Positions 10,105-21,215 are shown, counted from the first letter of the stretch. The stretch is 64,000 nucleotides of DNA from an uncultured delta proteobacterium (GCA_963845145.1 CAWJQU010000001.1:224001-288000), one strand, 5' to 3'. Made by a program: numbers and translations. The notes: generated by a model not told the origin, from the letters alone.

Positions 10105-11488
10105 ATGAAACGAACACGTATTGTCAAAGCCCTTCATGCCGAAACCGCAATGGACCCGATTTTGATCAAAGGGTGGGTGCGCACCCGTCGGGATGCCAAG
10201 GAATTCTCTTTTCTGGAAATCAATGACGGCTCCTGTTTAAAAAACCTTCAGGTGATCGTCGATGAATCCACACCGGCCTTTGCCGCATTAAATGATGTGA
10301 ATACCGGGGCCGCCGTCGCCATCAATGGATCGCTGGTGCCATCGCCGGGTAAGGGGCAGAAATGGGAGGTTCATGCCACCGATCTGGATCTATTGGGTTC
10401 GGCCGATCCGCACACCTTTCCGTTGCAGAAAAAACGTCACTCCGATGAATATTTGCGGACGATCGCCCATTTAAGGCCCCGGACAAATAAGTACGGAGCC
10501 CTGTACCGTATCCGCTCGGAAAGTGCCTTTGCCGTGCATCGGTTTTTTCGAGACCGGGGGTTCAATTATCTGCATACCCCCATTATCACCGGTTCCGATT
10601 GCGAGGGTGCCGGAGAATTGTTCCGGGTAACCACGCTGCCCGTCGATTTAAAAGGTCAACCGGGGGAGGGATCTTCACCGGACAACGATTTTTTCGGCAA
10701 AGAAGCCGGGCTTGCCGTATCGGGCCAATTGGAGGCCGAACTGGCCGCCTGCGCCCTCGGCGATGTCTATACCTTCGGGCCCACGTTTCGGGCTGAAAAT
10801 TCCAATACCCCCCGCCATGCCGCGGAGTTCTGGATGATTGAACCCGAGATGGCCTTTGCCGATTTGAATGACAATATGGATTTAGGTGAAGACCTTGTTA
10901 AGGGCATAACCACGGCCGTGATGGACAACTGCGCTGAAGACCTTGAGTTATTTGCCCGCTTCGTCGACAAAAAGCTTATGAAGACCCTTGAGGCCATCAC
11001 CTCAAAATCTTACGAACGCCTGCCATATACCCAGGCCATCGACATACTGGCCCGTGCCAAAAAGAAGTTTGAATTCCCGGTTAGCTATGGTTTGGACCTT
11101 CAAACGGAACATGAACGGTATTTGTGTGAAGAGACATTTAAAAAGCCGGTGATTGTCTATGACTATCCCAAAGAGATCAAACCATTTTATATGCGCCTAA
11201 ACGATGACGATAAAACCGTGGGCGCCATGGACCTGCTGGTTCCCCGGGTAGGGGAGCTCATTGGTGGGAGTCAGCGCGAGGAGCGTTACCAGGTGTTGAA
11301 CGCGCGTATCTTGAAAGCAATATGAATCCGGACGATTACTGGTGGTACCTGGATATTCGTCGTTTCGGCACGGTGCCCCATTCCGGATTCGGCCTGGGTT
11401 TCGAACGCTTTTTGATGATGATCACCGGTATTTCCAATATTCGGGACGTCATCCCCTTCCCCCGCACCCCCAAACACTTGGAGTTTAG
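10105..11488 (+). CDS. asnS: asparagine--tRNA ligase, split by a 1-nt frameshift near 11313 (probable assembly error)
   Basis: [26 protein letters not shown] in ORF 10105-11325; [26 protein letters not shown] in ORF from 11322. Confidence 0.93.
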
Positions 11489-11546
11489 GACGACTTTAAA
11501 ACGATCCATACCGACCAGAGAATTCAACTCCGGCAGTATACCGGAC

Positions 11547-11589
11547 TAACAGGCCACGGGCTAACGGGCCAACGGGCTAACAGGCTAAC
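11547..11589. repeat. octamer tandem repeat AAC(A/G)GGC(T/C), about 5 copies
   Basis: taacaggccacgggctaacgggccaacgggctaacaggctaac between convergent genes. Confidence 0.7.
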
Positions 11590-11596
11590 CGAAGTA

Positions 11597-12316
11597 TTAC
11601 TCCTTAAATCGAATATTCAACCGGCCCTTATCCACTTTAATTGAATCAACACCATCAGCAAAAGCCTTCCAGAATCCTTTATCGGCCCCGAATTCCTGGA
11701 CCAAATCGATATTCTTCATGCCCCCCAGCCAGGCATTGGGGATGGGCACACCCATCAGCTTGACCCCTTTTAGCACGACCACCGGCCGTTCGTTTTCATA
11801 GGCCAAAGAGAGGCCCACAAACACCCGAATAACTTTACCGCCTACAATCGGAAAATCAGGGTCCACCGGCACACGCAATCGGGCGCTGACCAGGTTTTCC
11901 GACAAATCAACGACCAGCTTTTTCGCCAGATCGGCATTTTTGGCGATCATAGCGTTTAGTTCCCGCTGGCTGAAATTGATCGTCCGTTCGTCGTCGGCTT
12001 CGCTGTAAGGCTTGGGTTTTAACGGTTCGTTGGCATCGCTGTCCTTTTTGTCAAAGTCGCCGGATGGCCCAATTTTCTCCGAGATCTCTATGCCGCTGAC
12101 CCGGTCCATTCGCTCAAGCTTCTCGGCCAGTTGCACTTCCTCTTTTTTACTCAATTCCACCGGCTTGAACTCGGATGGAAAAATATAGGTTTTGGCCACC
12201 CACAAGGTAACCAGAACCGTCACAATCATGGTCGCCACGATAATACCAAACACCTTCATGCATCCCAGGTGTTCTTTGCGGTCCATTGCTCTGTCGAACT
12301 CGCCGTTGGTTGTCAT
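11597..12316 (-). CDS. membrane-anchored hypothetical protein
   Basis: 239-aa ORF with a single N-terminal TM helix and GAGG RBS. Confidence 0.75.
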   Translation of the reverse strand: MTTNGEFDRAMDRKEHLGCMKVFGIIVATMIVTVLVTLWVAKTYIFPSEFKPVELSKKEEVQLAEKLERMDRVSGIEISEKIGPSGDFDKKDSDANEPLKPKPYSEADDERTINFSQRELNAMIAKNADLAKKLVVDLSENLVSARLRVPVDPDFPIVGGKVIRVFVGLSLAYENERPVVVLKGVKLMGVPIPNAWLGGMKNIDLVQEFGADKGFWKAFADGVDSIKVDKGRLNIRFKE

Positions 12317-12375
12317 AAAATTTTCCTCTATCGTACCTTTCCCCTAACGCTGCAAAAAAATTGGCGGCCTATCCG

Positions 12376-12834
12376 TTATTTGTCAAAGAAGGCCGTCGAG
12401 ATAAAACAACCGCCGCCGCCACTCGCACTGGCGCTATTTGCACTCACATCACCGGAGGTAGAGACTTCAACGGAATATCCACTTTCACGACCGCGGGTAT
12501 TATATGCCGTAAGCGTAAAATAATAGATCTCATCCTCGTCTAAGCCGGTTAGGGTATAACGGGCGGTATCACCTGCCTCGACTTCCGCTATCTTGACATC
12601 AATCGGCGAATCACCTTCGGTTGCCCCTGCCCCGCCATACGGCGCACCGGAAGCAGTGTCATAATAGATCCTGTAACCATCCCGGTCGGGTTCAATATTG
12701 GCATCCCACTGAAGTGTGACATCCATGGCAAAACCAACAGAGGCTGCAAAAAAGAACAGGAAAAAAGTAAAAGGCGTAAATTTCCAGAAATCAAGGCGAA
12801 CGGATCGAATTGGAAGCAATGTGTATCTCATCAT
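12376..12834 (-). CDS. exported fibronectin type III domain protein with C-terminal GGGGCFI (CFI-box-like) motif
   Basis: signal peptide; VTLQWD..GYRIYY..LTGL..YYFTLTAYN FN3 pattern; Ser/Ala linker then GGGGCFIST. Confidence 0.8.
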   Translation of the reverse strand: MMRYTLLPIRSVRLDFWKFTPFTFFLFFFAASVGFAMDVTLQWDANIEPDRDGYRIYYDTASGAPYGGAGATEGDSPIDVKIAEVEAGDTARYTLTGLDEDEIYYFTLTAYNTRGRESGYSVEVSTSGDVSANSASASGGGGCFISTAFFDK

Positions 12835-13032
12835 ATCTCCCCCTTTCTCCAGTCTTCCATGAGCAAATAATAATGGATGAATCGCAAAATATCAACAAAT
12901 GGAACAAAATCGTTAAAAACAATTGTTTTCGACTAAGGTAAGCATTCCCAAGGGGAACCGATATGGTATATGATATGTTTAATGAAAACCCCCATGTGGT
13001 GGTTTTCCTCTAACGGAGAAACTGTGTACAAA

Positions 13033-13443
13033 ATGGATTCATCCCTACTCATTGCCGCCGGTGCCAGTTTCGTTATCGGTGTGGCCGGATATATTATTGT
13101 TCGTTTTTGGATTAAACCGATTGCGCGCTACACCGCTGCCAAACGTAAGGTGAATCGCGAGCTGAAGCGTTATCTGGCCCATATCGATAAAACCACTGGG
13201 TCGAAAACAAAGACGGCCTCGCAGAAGGACAACCCGGCGCTGAGAAATGCACGGAAAGGCACCATGACCTTGGCCACCTGTTATAGTGACGAAATTCCCT
13301 ACTGGTACCGTCTGTTGCTGGACAGCCGGGAAGAGTCCCCCGCCGATGCTTTGGGGCTTATTTCTCATCTCTCCAAATTACGTGAGCCGGATCCAATCAA
13401 GAACCAGATCGATAAAGCACGGAAAAAATTGGGATTAAAATAG
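13033..13443 (+). CDS. hypothetical membrane protein
   Basis: N-terminal TM helix; ATG 13033 after GGAG. Confidence 0.7.
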   Translation: MDSSLLIAAGASFVIGVAGYIIVRFWIKPIARYTAAKRKVNRELKRYLAHIDKTTGSKTKTASQKDNPALRNARKGTMTLATCYSDEIPYWYRLLLDSREESPADALGLISHLSKLREPDPIKNQIDKARKKLGLK

Positions 13444-13584
13444 AGAAAATGGGCCGGTATTATAAACTGCAGCCATATTATTCAAATCCGAATTTACCCA
13501 GGTGCGCAAACTATTTTACATTGGGTGAAGACTCATTTATAATACTTCAACCCAAATTGACCTGAAGTTTTAAGGAGGCTGATC

Positions 13585-14439
13585 ATGCGGTGGCGAGGCG
13601 GCAGAAAAAGCACGAACGTTGAAGACCGGCGAAGGATTCGCGTGTCACGAAAAGTGGCCGGCGGCGGTATTGGGGCATTGTTACTGGCTGTGGTGGGCAT
13701 GTATTTTGGGATCGACCCGTCTGTAATTTTAAACCGGAATGCTTCCCTGCAGACACAACCGGGACCGTCGACCCAGATGGAAGCATCCGGACCCGATAAT
13801 GAGCTGGCCGATTTTACTTCGGTGGTATTGGCCGATACCGAGGACACCTGGCGCCACCTCTTTAAAAAAATGGGCCGTACTTACCAGGAACCGCCATTGG
13901 TTCTCTTTACCGGAATGGTCCAATCAGCCTGCGGCATGGCCCAGGCGGCATCGGGGCCGTTTTATTGCCCGGGCGATCATAAGGTCTATATCGATTTGGC
14001 TTTTTATAAAGAACTCAAAACCCGCATGAACGCACCCGGCGATTTTGCCCAGGCCTATGTGGTCGCTCATGAGGTTGGCCATCATGTTCAAACGCTCCTA
14101 GGCATCAGCGGCAAGGTGAACGCTCTTCGCCAACGGGTTTCTAAAAAAGACGGAAATCGCTTGTCGGTCCTCATGGAATTGCAGGCGGATTGTTTATCCG
14201 GTGTCTGGGCCCACCATGCCCACAAAATGCGTAATATTTTGGAGCCGGGAGACATTGAGGAAGCCTTAAACGCGGCCAGTATGATCGGTGATGATCGGTT
14301 GCAGAAGCAAGCGCGCGGATTTGTCGTTCCCGACTCCTTTACCCACGGATCATCCGACCAGCGGGTGCGATGGTTCCGGCTGGGCCTGGAATCCGGAGAC
14401 ATGGGCCGCTGTGATACGTTCTCGGCTGAACGCCTGTAA
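13585..14439 (+). CDS. neutral zinc metallopeptidase, YpfJ family
   Basis: STNVEDRR, GPFYCPGD, AHEVGHHVQ, ELQADC, SFTHGSS motifs. Confidence 0.93.
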   Translation: MRWRGGRKSTNVEDRRRIRVSRKVAGGGIGALLLAVVGMYFGIDPSVILNRNASLQTQPGPSTQMEASGPDNELADFTSVVLADTEDTWRHLFKKMGRTYQEPPLVLFTGMVQSACGMAQAASGPFYCPGDHKVYIDLAFYKELKTRMNAPGDFAQAYVVAHEVGHHVQTLLGISGKVNALRQRVSKKDGNRLSVLMELQADCLSGVWAHHAHKMRNILEPGDIEEALNAASMIGDDRLQKQARGFVVPDSFTHGSSDQRVRWFRLGLESGDMGRCDTFSAERL

Positions 14440-14560
14440 GGTTCTTCCTTGGTGCAAACTCGGTTCAAATCGCGGAGTAGTGTATAAACCTTTGGATTGC
14501 GGTGACCCGACCGCCAGCTAAGCCGTTTTTATAGTACAACGTATTTCTGGAATGGTGTAT

Positions 14561-15004
14561 TTAAGTAAACAGGCAGATCTTACATTCCGCCGCAAATTTT
14601 AAAAAATCTTCGGCAGTCCAGACGATCACGCCCTCGATCAATTTACTTTCGTCGATCTCCATCATGTCCACGGTCATTTTGCACGCAATGAGTTCAACGC
14701 CTTCGATCTGGGCGACTTCCTGCAGATCGGACAGCGAGGGAATATTGGCTTTGTCGATCTTGCGTTTCATCATCCCCGTGGCAATACTCGTCATACCGGG
14801 AATGGCTCCCATCACACCGGGAGGAAAAAACTTGGCCCGATCAAAGCCACCTTCCATCACGAGATTTAACCCCATGAATGAGTAGAATACTTTGCTTTCC
14901 ATACCCTGACGGGCAGCATTGATACCTAAAACGAGCGATGGATAGGCCCCGTCCAGGGTATCCTTCACACAAATAAAACCCGCTTTTTCTTTTGTTTCCG
15001 ACAT
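14561..15004 (-). CDS. DsrE/DsrF/DrsH-like (DsrE2-type) protein
   Basis: FYSFMGL, MMKRKIDKANIPSL, IACKMTVDMM motifs. Confidence 0.85.
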   Translation of the reverse strand: MSETKEKAGFICVKDTLDGAYPSLVLGINAARQGMESKVFYSFMGLNLVMEGGFDRAKFFPPGVMGAIPGMTSIATGMMKRKIDKANIPSLSDLQEVAQIEGVELIACKMTVDMMEIDESKLIEGVIVWTAEDFLKFAAECKICLFT

Positions 15005-15080
15005 CGCGATGCTCCTTTTTTCAGTTTGATTTGATCTCCGAAAATCAGATCATTCGTTTTTCCCTCTATTTGCACACCAT

Positions 15081-15118
15081 AAAAAACGGCCGTTCTCCTG
15101 AGGAGCCCGGCCGTTTTG
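15081..15118 (-). terminator. rho-independent terminator
   Basis: aaaaaacggccg..ctcctgaggag..cggccgtttt hairpin after the LysM gene. Confidence 0.7.
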
Positions 15119-15160
15119 TATTGTCACTGTCTCTTTTTGCCCACACCTGGGTCGGTGCGG

Positions 15161-15592
15161 CTACAGTTTCGGAATGCGAATCTTCTGTCCCACGTAAATT
15201 TTATCCGGGTCCTTGATGACTTCCCGATTGGCCTCAAATATTTTGGGATATTTGTTGGCATCACCGTAATACTCTTTGGCAAGCTTCGATAGTGTATCGC
15301 CTGATTTGATCTCATAGTATTGCACATCTTCGGGAAGCGGTGGTGCGGTAACGCCTTCGCTAACCACCTTTGTCACACCCTTCACATTACCTGCCATGAG
15401 AATCGCTTTTTCCAGGGCTTCGCTGCTCTCGGCCTTGCCGGACAGGGTGACCACACCATCATTAAACTCAACGCCCAGATCATCGATACCGGGGTTGTCG
15501 GCAGCAATATGATCTTGAATTTTTTCCGGTGCTTCATCATCTTTTCCAAACAATTTTTTTCCAATGTTCGCAGCAAAATCAAACAGTCCCAT
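15161..15592 (-). CDS. BON-LysM protein (Kbp/YgaU family)
   Basis: MGLFDFAANIGKKLF, BON domain, LysM GDTLSKLAKEYYG..IFEANR. Confidence 0.92.
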   Translation of the reverse strand: MGLFDFAANIGKKLFGKDDEAPEKIQDHIAADNPGIDDLGVEFNDGVVTLSGKAESSEALEKAILMAGNVKGVTKVVSEGVTAPPLPEDVQYYEIKSGDTLSKLAKEYYGDANKYPKIFEANREVIKDPDKIYVGQKIRIPKL

Positions 15593-15915
15593 GAGGTACC
15601 CTCCTTTAGAATTAGGTTTCGTTAGAAAAACTTTCCTACCAGGTCCAATAGATCATCTTTGTTCTGTTCTAAATCAAAACATCTGAATGTTCTCATGATT
15701 GAGGCGAGCCGTCAAGGTCCGGTTGTCATTTGAAATTCCTCACAAAAGCAATCATTATGAACGTCAAAATTTAACTGATATAATAAGATTAAAAGATTGT
15801 TATTCAATGCCGAATTCGGTATTTTTACAAAAACCGCACGTAAAAGATCCAATTTAGGTCTGACCTAAGAGGGGCAGACGGGGAAAGCCGGGGTGACCCA
15901 TAACCCGCCATCTTG

Positions 15916-16620
15916 CTAATCCAATATTTTACCGGTTTCGGACAAGTCATTCAGCCCATCGATATCAAGCAGGAGAATTTCTTTACCCTTAACCGAAATC
16001 AGGTTTTGGTGGGTCATTTTGGCAAAAATCCGTGAAAGCGTTTCCGGAATAGTGCCCAACAGGCTGGCCAGCTGGCCTTTCGAGATCGTGAGGCTGATGC
16101 GGTTATCCTGACGCATGGTTGTTTCGGCTTGCGCATTTGACAGATAAAGAAGATACCCCGCCAGCCTTCCGGGAACTTCCTTTAAGGACAGGCTTTCGAT
16201 TTGAAAAGCGAATTCCCGTAACCGCATGGACATGACCCCCAACATATTGAGGGACAGGGAAGGATTCGCGCTTATCAGCGTAATAAACCGCTGCCGAGGC
16301 AGAAAAAGGAGGTGGCTTTTCAATAAGGTTTCGGCGTTGGCCGGAAACCGGCCTCCTGAAAATACGGGGACTTCCCCAAAGGGATGACCTGGTCCATAGA
16401 TATGCAGAATCTTCTCTTTTCCCTCGAGGGATAGCTTGAATATTTTTACTTTACCGGAAGCAACAATATAAAACCCTTTGCCTTCATCGCCTTCCATGAA
16501 AATGGATTTACCTTTGTCATAGAATTTATCCACAACGATGGATCGAACTTGACCTAACTCGTCATCGGACAACCCGTTAAATAATGGGGTTTGATTTAGA
16601 ATCTGAAGGATTTTATCCAT
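15916..16620 (-). CDS. Crp/Fnr family transcriptional regulator
   Basis: cNMP-binding fold (FGEVPVF) and HTH LASLLGTIPETLSR; start MDKILQ. Confidence 0.92.
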   Translation of the reverse strand: MDKILQILNQTPLFNGLSDDELGQVRSIVVDKFYDKGKSIFMEGDEGKGFYIVASGKVKIFKLSLEGKEKILHIYGPGHPFGEVPVFSGGRFPANAETLLKSHLLFLPRQRFITLISANPSLSLNMLGVMSMRLREFAFQIESLSLKEVPGRLAGYLLYLSNAQAETTMRQDNRISLTISKGQLASLLGTIPETLSRIFAKMTHQNLISVKGKEILLLDIDGLNDLSETGKILD

Positions 16621-16627
16621 ATTTTTC

Positions 16628-18712
16628 CTATTTGTGACTATCCGGATGCTTAGCGGGTCGTGTATCAGGATCGTATGTTCTTTGGAGTAACACAACCACC
16701 ACCAATGCACCAAAGCCGGCGATATCGGCCCAATATGCCGGCCAGAGCAACCCCAACGCAGCCAGTAAAAACATAACCGTTTCCAGCCAGGTGGCCCGTC
16801 TTAAAAAATAGCGTTCAATACCTGATGCAAACGCAAACAACCCTAAAAGGGTGGTGACCATGGCGAGACCAACCTCCCAATTGAGCAACTGATACTCCTC
16901 ACCCACCCCCAGCAGCGGCCGATAGGCCATGACCAACGGAATGATATACAGCCCCTTGGCGAGCTTCCAGGAACTAAAAGCGGTCCGCATTGGGTTGGCT
17001 TTGGCCACACCGGCCGCAGCAAAACTGGCCAGGCTCACCGGCGGGGTCACATTGGCGTCCTGGGAGTACCAGAAGACGATCATGTGCGACACCAGCAGCG
17101 GCACCCCCATATCGAGCAGAGCCGGACCGGCCAGGGTGGCCAGAACGATATAACTGGCCGTCACCGGCAGCCCCATCCCCAAAACCAGGGAGGCTGCGCC
17201 AATTAAAAGAATTGCCAGCGCCTTTATCCCGTAACTCAAATCAATAACCAGGCTGGAAAACTTCAATCCCATGCCCGTTAATGTAACCATCCCCACGATA
17301 ATACCGGCCGCGGCACAGGCCACCGAGACCATAATGGCATTGATAGCTCCTTTCTCAAGAGCGGTGGTAATCGATTTAAATTCTCTTAGACCAAAATCGG
17401 CAACCCCTGTTCGGGTGGGGTTGACGGACCACCGAATGGTATTGGCGGCCAGACTGGCCATGGCTGTGCTGATGACAGCGATAAACCCGGCCATCATGGG
17501 GGAATAGTTGGCCACCAGGACATAGATCAGGATAATCACCGGAATAATGAAATGGAGCCCCTCTCTGACAACAGTGGAGATTTTGGGTAAATTTTCCTTG
17601 GGTTGGCCTTTTAGACCGTATTTTTTGGCTTCATAGTGTACGAACAGAAGGACAGTGAGATAATATAAAATGGCCGGCATCAAGGCGACCTTAATGATGG
17701 TCAGGTAACTGGTATTGGTAAATTCGGCCATCAGGAAAGCGCCGGCCCCCATAATGGGTGGCATCAATTGGCCGCCGGTGGAAGCGGCCGCTTCGATGGC
17801 ACCGGCCACATGGGGGCGATACCCCACCTTTTTCATCATGGGAATGGTAAAAGAGCCGGTCGCGACCACATTTCCCACCGCCGAACCGGACACCGATCCC
17901 AAAAACCCGGACGCCACCACCGAAGTCTTGGCCGGTCCGCCGGAAAACCGGCCGGTCAGGGCGTATGCCAGATCAATGAAAAAAGCCCCACCGCCCGTCG
18001 TCTCCAGAAAAGCGCCGAACAAAACGAACACAAACACAAAAGTGGCCGCTACACCGATGGGCAATCCGAAAATACCCTCGGTCGTCAACCATAGTGTGGT
18101 GACAATCCGTTCGATACTGTAGCCCTTATGGATAATCAGCTCCGGCATGTAGGGGCCGAAAAGCGCATACAATAAAGCCACAATGCAAATCCCGGTCATA
18201 ATCAACCCGATCACCCGCCGACAGGCCTCAAGCACCAACAGGGTGCCGACGAAACTGACGATCCGGTCAGCGGCCAGCCAATCACCCTGGCGTTCGAAAA
18301 TTGCGGTTAAATTAGAACAGATATAATAAGTACAATAGATGGCGGCCAACGCCATGGCCCAATCGATCATTACCCACAAGTTCAGCCGGGTTTTGTCGGC
18401 CTTTTTAAACGGCGGTTTCAGTAAAAAGGTGAGACATAATATGGCTCCCAGATGGATCGAGCGCTGCACCAGGGCGGTCAGGGCCGTCACCCCCGCGGTA
18501 TACAACTGGTAGAGGCTCAGACTTATGGCCAGGATCATAACGATGCGCGCGGTCCAACGCGAAATGGTGGTTATGTCCTTATCGGAGCGGGTAATCACCC
18601 TTTGTTCTTTTTGTGGATCCGTCGGTTGACCCATTGATTGATCTGTCGGTTGATCAGTTGGTTGACCATTTGGTTGATTTGGAGGCGAGCTCATCGCTTT
18701 TATATTTACCAT
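16628..18712 (-). CDS. TRAP transporter 4TM/12TM fusion permease
   Basis: GGPAKTSV, EAAASTGGQLMPPIMGAGAF, VTPPV motifs. Confidence 0.95.
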   Translation of the reverse strand: MVNIKAMSSPPNQPNGQPTDQPTDQSMGQPTDPQKEQRVITRSDKDITTISRWTARIVMILAISLSLYQLYTAGVTALTALVQRSIHLGAILCLTFLLKPPFKKADKTRLNLWVMIDWAMALAAIYCTYYICSNLTAIFERQGDWLAADRIVSFVGTLLVLEACRRVIGLIMTGICIVALLYALFGPYMPELIIHKGYSIERIVTTLWLTTEGIFGLPIGVAATFVFVFVLFGAFLETTGGGAFFIDLAYALTGRFSGGPAKTSVVASGFLGSVSGSAVGNVVATGSFTIPMMKKVGYRPHVAGAIEAAASTGGQLMPPIMGAGAFLMAEFTNTSYLTIIKVALMPAILYYLTVLLFVHYEAKKYGLKGQPKENLPKISTVVREGLHFIIPVIILIYVLVANYSPMMAGFIAVISTAMASLAANTIRWSVNPTRTGVADFGLREFKSITTALEKGAINAIMVSVACAAAGIIVGMVTLTGMGLKFSSLVIDLSYGIKALAILLIGAASLVLGMGLPVTASYIVLATLAGPALLDMGVPLLVSHMIVFWYSQDANVTPPVSLASFAAAGVAKANPMRTAFSSWKLAKGLYIIPLVMAYRPLLGVGEEYQLLNWEVGLAMVTTLLGLFAFASGIERYFLRRATWLETVMFLLAALGLLWPAYWADIAGFGALVVVVLLQRTYDPDTRPAKHPDSHK

Positions 18713-18718
18713 GATTTA

Positions 18719-19261
18719 TTATTTCGTTTGAGGTGTTGCCATGTGGGGAAATAGCCGCCGCCAGACGTGCTGGATGCGGCTCACCTTGCGTGCGGAAAAC
18801 AGCACGGCCACATGAGGTGCCACGGCCGATAGATTTATCTCCACATCCCGCCAGATGATGGTATGATCCACCCCCGGACTGCCGATGCGTAGAATGAAAT
18901 CGCCAGTGGGCATATGCATGTCTTCAATCACCTCATAAGCCCCCCGCCGCACCATGCGACCGACCCCCGGCATACGGCCCATACCAGCCCCGAATTTAAG
19001 GTATCGTTCTTCCTCGATGAAGATCCGCCCCTTTTCATCTAGGCTGTGAACTTCCCAGATAGGGGAATTTTCAACCGAGTGATAATAGCGAATGGTAAAT
19101 CGTTCGCCGGGTTTCATGGGAAGTACCAGCAGGGGAAGACCGTCACGAATGGGTGTGATTGCCAACTCCAGCCCGCCCTGGGAAAACCCGATGCCCACCG
19201 CAAAAAAAAGGAACAGGCCGGCGGCAACAATCAATCCGATGCGAGCCGGCCTTGGTAACAT
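18719..19261 (-). CDS. DUF1850 family protein
   Basis: FTIRYYHSVENSPIWE..FGAGM; usual position between TAXI receptor and permease. Confidence 0.85.
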   Translation of the reverse strand: MLPRPARIGLIVAAGLFLFFAVGIGFSQGGLELAITPIRDGLPLLVLPMKPGERFTIRYYHSVENSPIWEVHSLDEKGRIFIEEERYLKFGAGMGRMPGVGRMVRRGAYEVIEDMHMPTGDFILRIGSPGVDHTIIWRDVEINLSAVAPHVAVLFSARKVSRIQHVWRRLFPHMATPQTK

Positions 19262-19282
19262 ATCAATATTTAGGGTCGAAGC

Positions 19283-20248
19283 TTAGGGCATCAACTTCGC
19301 CGGAATATCCACGCCCTTTTCTTTAAGGTACTTGGCGGTGCCTGGATGAAGCGGAATAGGTGAGTATTTAACCGCATTTTCCGGAGTTGTGTAGGCGGCC
19401 GACGGGTGAATTTTCTGGAGGTAGTCGTTATTTTCGAATAGGGCTTTGGCCAGATTGTAGACCATCTCCGGCGCTAAAGAGGCCTGGCAGATCATGACAT
19501 TCCAAACCCCAATGGTTATAACAGGGCTATCCACACCGCGATAGAGGCCACCGGCCAGTTCGACGCTGGAGTAGTTTTTGTTAAAATCGAGTATTTTTTG
19601 GGTCTGCTCCGGGGTAAAAGCGATGACATGAATATCATGCGTGGTCGCCAGATCGAGAATTGAGCTGGTGCCGGGGCCCACAGACCAGATACCGACTTCA
19701 ATGGTACCATCTCGTAAGGCATTGGCGCTTTCCGTAAAAGAGAGCCGGCTGTCTTTGTAAGAATCCAATGGGATCTCCAGGGCCTTGAAAACCGCTTCGG
19801 CCATGAAGTTGGTACCGCTGCCCGGGCTTCCCGTGCTGATCTGTTTTCCTTTAACCTGCTCGATATTGGTAATCCCGCTTTTTTTCAGGGTCACCACTTG
19901 CAGCAAATTGGGATACATAACGGCCAGGGTTTTGATATCATGCTTTTTATCTTTAAACTTTCCCGTACCGTTGAAGCCGGCCTCGGCCACGTCGCCCATG
20001 ACCTCGCCGACGACCGTCTCACCTTTATGTGCCAGTTTGACATTTTCGACACTGGCACCGGTAACCTCGGCCACCGCTTTGACGCCCTTGACATTTTTCG
20101 ACCAGATCTCGGCCACTCCCCCGCCATACGGATAGTAAATGCCGCCGGTACCACCCGTACCAATACTGATGAACTCTGTTTTGGCTGCGGCCTGCCCGGC
20201 CATGACGAAAAATATACCGATAAAAAGAATTACGAGTAACCGTTTCAT
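19283..20248 (-). CDS. TAXI family TRAP solute-binding protein
   Basis: IGTGGTGGIYY, TGASVEN, GSPGSG, IPLHPG motifs; signal peptide. Confidence 0.95.
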   Translation of the reverse strand: MKRLLVILFIGIFFVMAGQAAAKTEFISIGTGGTGGIYYPYGGGVAEIWSKNVKGVKAVAEVTGASVENVKLAHKGETVVGEVMGDVAEAGFNGTGKFKDKKHDIKTLAVMYPNLLQVVTLKKSGITNIEQVKGKQISTGSPGSGTNFMAEAVFKALEIPLDSYKDSRLSFTESANALRDGTIEVGIWSVGPGTSSILDLATTHDIHVIAFTPEQTQKILDFNKNYSSVELAGGLYRGVDSPVITIGVWNVMICQASLAPEMVYNLAKALFENNDYLQKIHPSAAYTTPENAVKYSPIPLHPGTAKYLKEKGVDIPAKLMP

Positions 20249-20316
20249 TGGATATCTCCTTTCACACGTTGACTGCTGAATGCTGCTTGCCGATTGTTAA
20301 CACATGAGGTGATTTT

Positions 20317-20754
20317 CTATTGGCCTAGCGTGCTGACTTTTAACAGAAGCCCTTTGGGCTGAAAAACCGTCTCTTTTACTGGATAAACAAAGGAGGCCGT
20401 ATCACCCGGCTTTACCAGTCCCTTTTTTGTTTTCCGCGGGAGTAATCCACCGACGGCTTTCCCGTTGTCCAAGAAGATGTTGACCCGGAAGCGCTGGGGC
20501 TTCGGGCTGATGTTCTTGATTGCCACTTTGAGGTGAAGCGTCTGTATACCCTCCCATTTCTTGAAGCTACATGAAAAGTCTGCCAGCTCCGCTTCAGGCG
20601 CGATATCTTTTACCACCTCATCATCGGCCGCACAGGGAAACATCTCGGGCGCATCGACCGGGGTCAATCGCTTTGAGGCGCACCCGGTGAAGACCAGGGC
20701 TAAAACCGCTACAACCATCAGGAACCATCTCAATGAATCATCTTTGGGTTTCAT
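20317..20754 (-). CDS. hypothetical lipoprotein
   Basis: AGGAGG RBS, lipobox FTGC. Confidence 0.75.
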   Translation of the reverse strand: MKPKDDSLRWFLMVVAVLALVFTGCASKRLTPVDAPEMFPCAADDEVVKDIAPEAELADFSCSFKKWEGIQTLHLKVAIKNISPKPQRFRVNIFLDNGKAVGGLLPRKTKKGLVKPGDTASFVYPVKETVFQPKGLLLKVSTLGQ

Positions 20755-21215
20755 ACATCCTCCTTTAAATAGCGTTTGAGAAGAATTTGGGACGTAACTC
20801 GGCAATGATTTCAAATTCACCGGCGACGATAATGGCGATTACCATCAAACCTGTAAACAAAAGGAAACAACGGGTTTAAGATATGCAAATTAAACACGTT
20901 TTACAAGAGACAAACATCCTTGCCGGGCACCAGGGGGTCTCAACCCGCCTATTACCCACCAAGCCCCGATGGTTGGGCCCGACTCTGGGTCTTGCACCGC
21001 CACCAAATGGTATCAAAATGACCTGTGAGATGCAAACACGGATTATTTATCAAAAAAGAAATGATATTGACGGCTCGACGTCATCATAAAGGTGTATTAG
21101 TTTATTTCATTACATTTTAAGCCCTTTTCGAACCATTCCGGATCCGCCGATAACAGTAAAAACGTATTTTTATACGGGGATCAATCCACACCAACCTTAT
21201 AAGGAGATCGATATT

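Noticed and set aside
11305..11330. Programmed frameshift in asnS
   Set aside because: No slippery heptamer or stimulator seen; one extra G restores the frame and similar indels recur in the window
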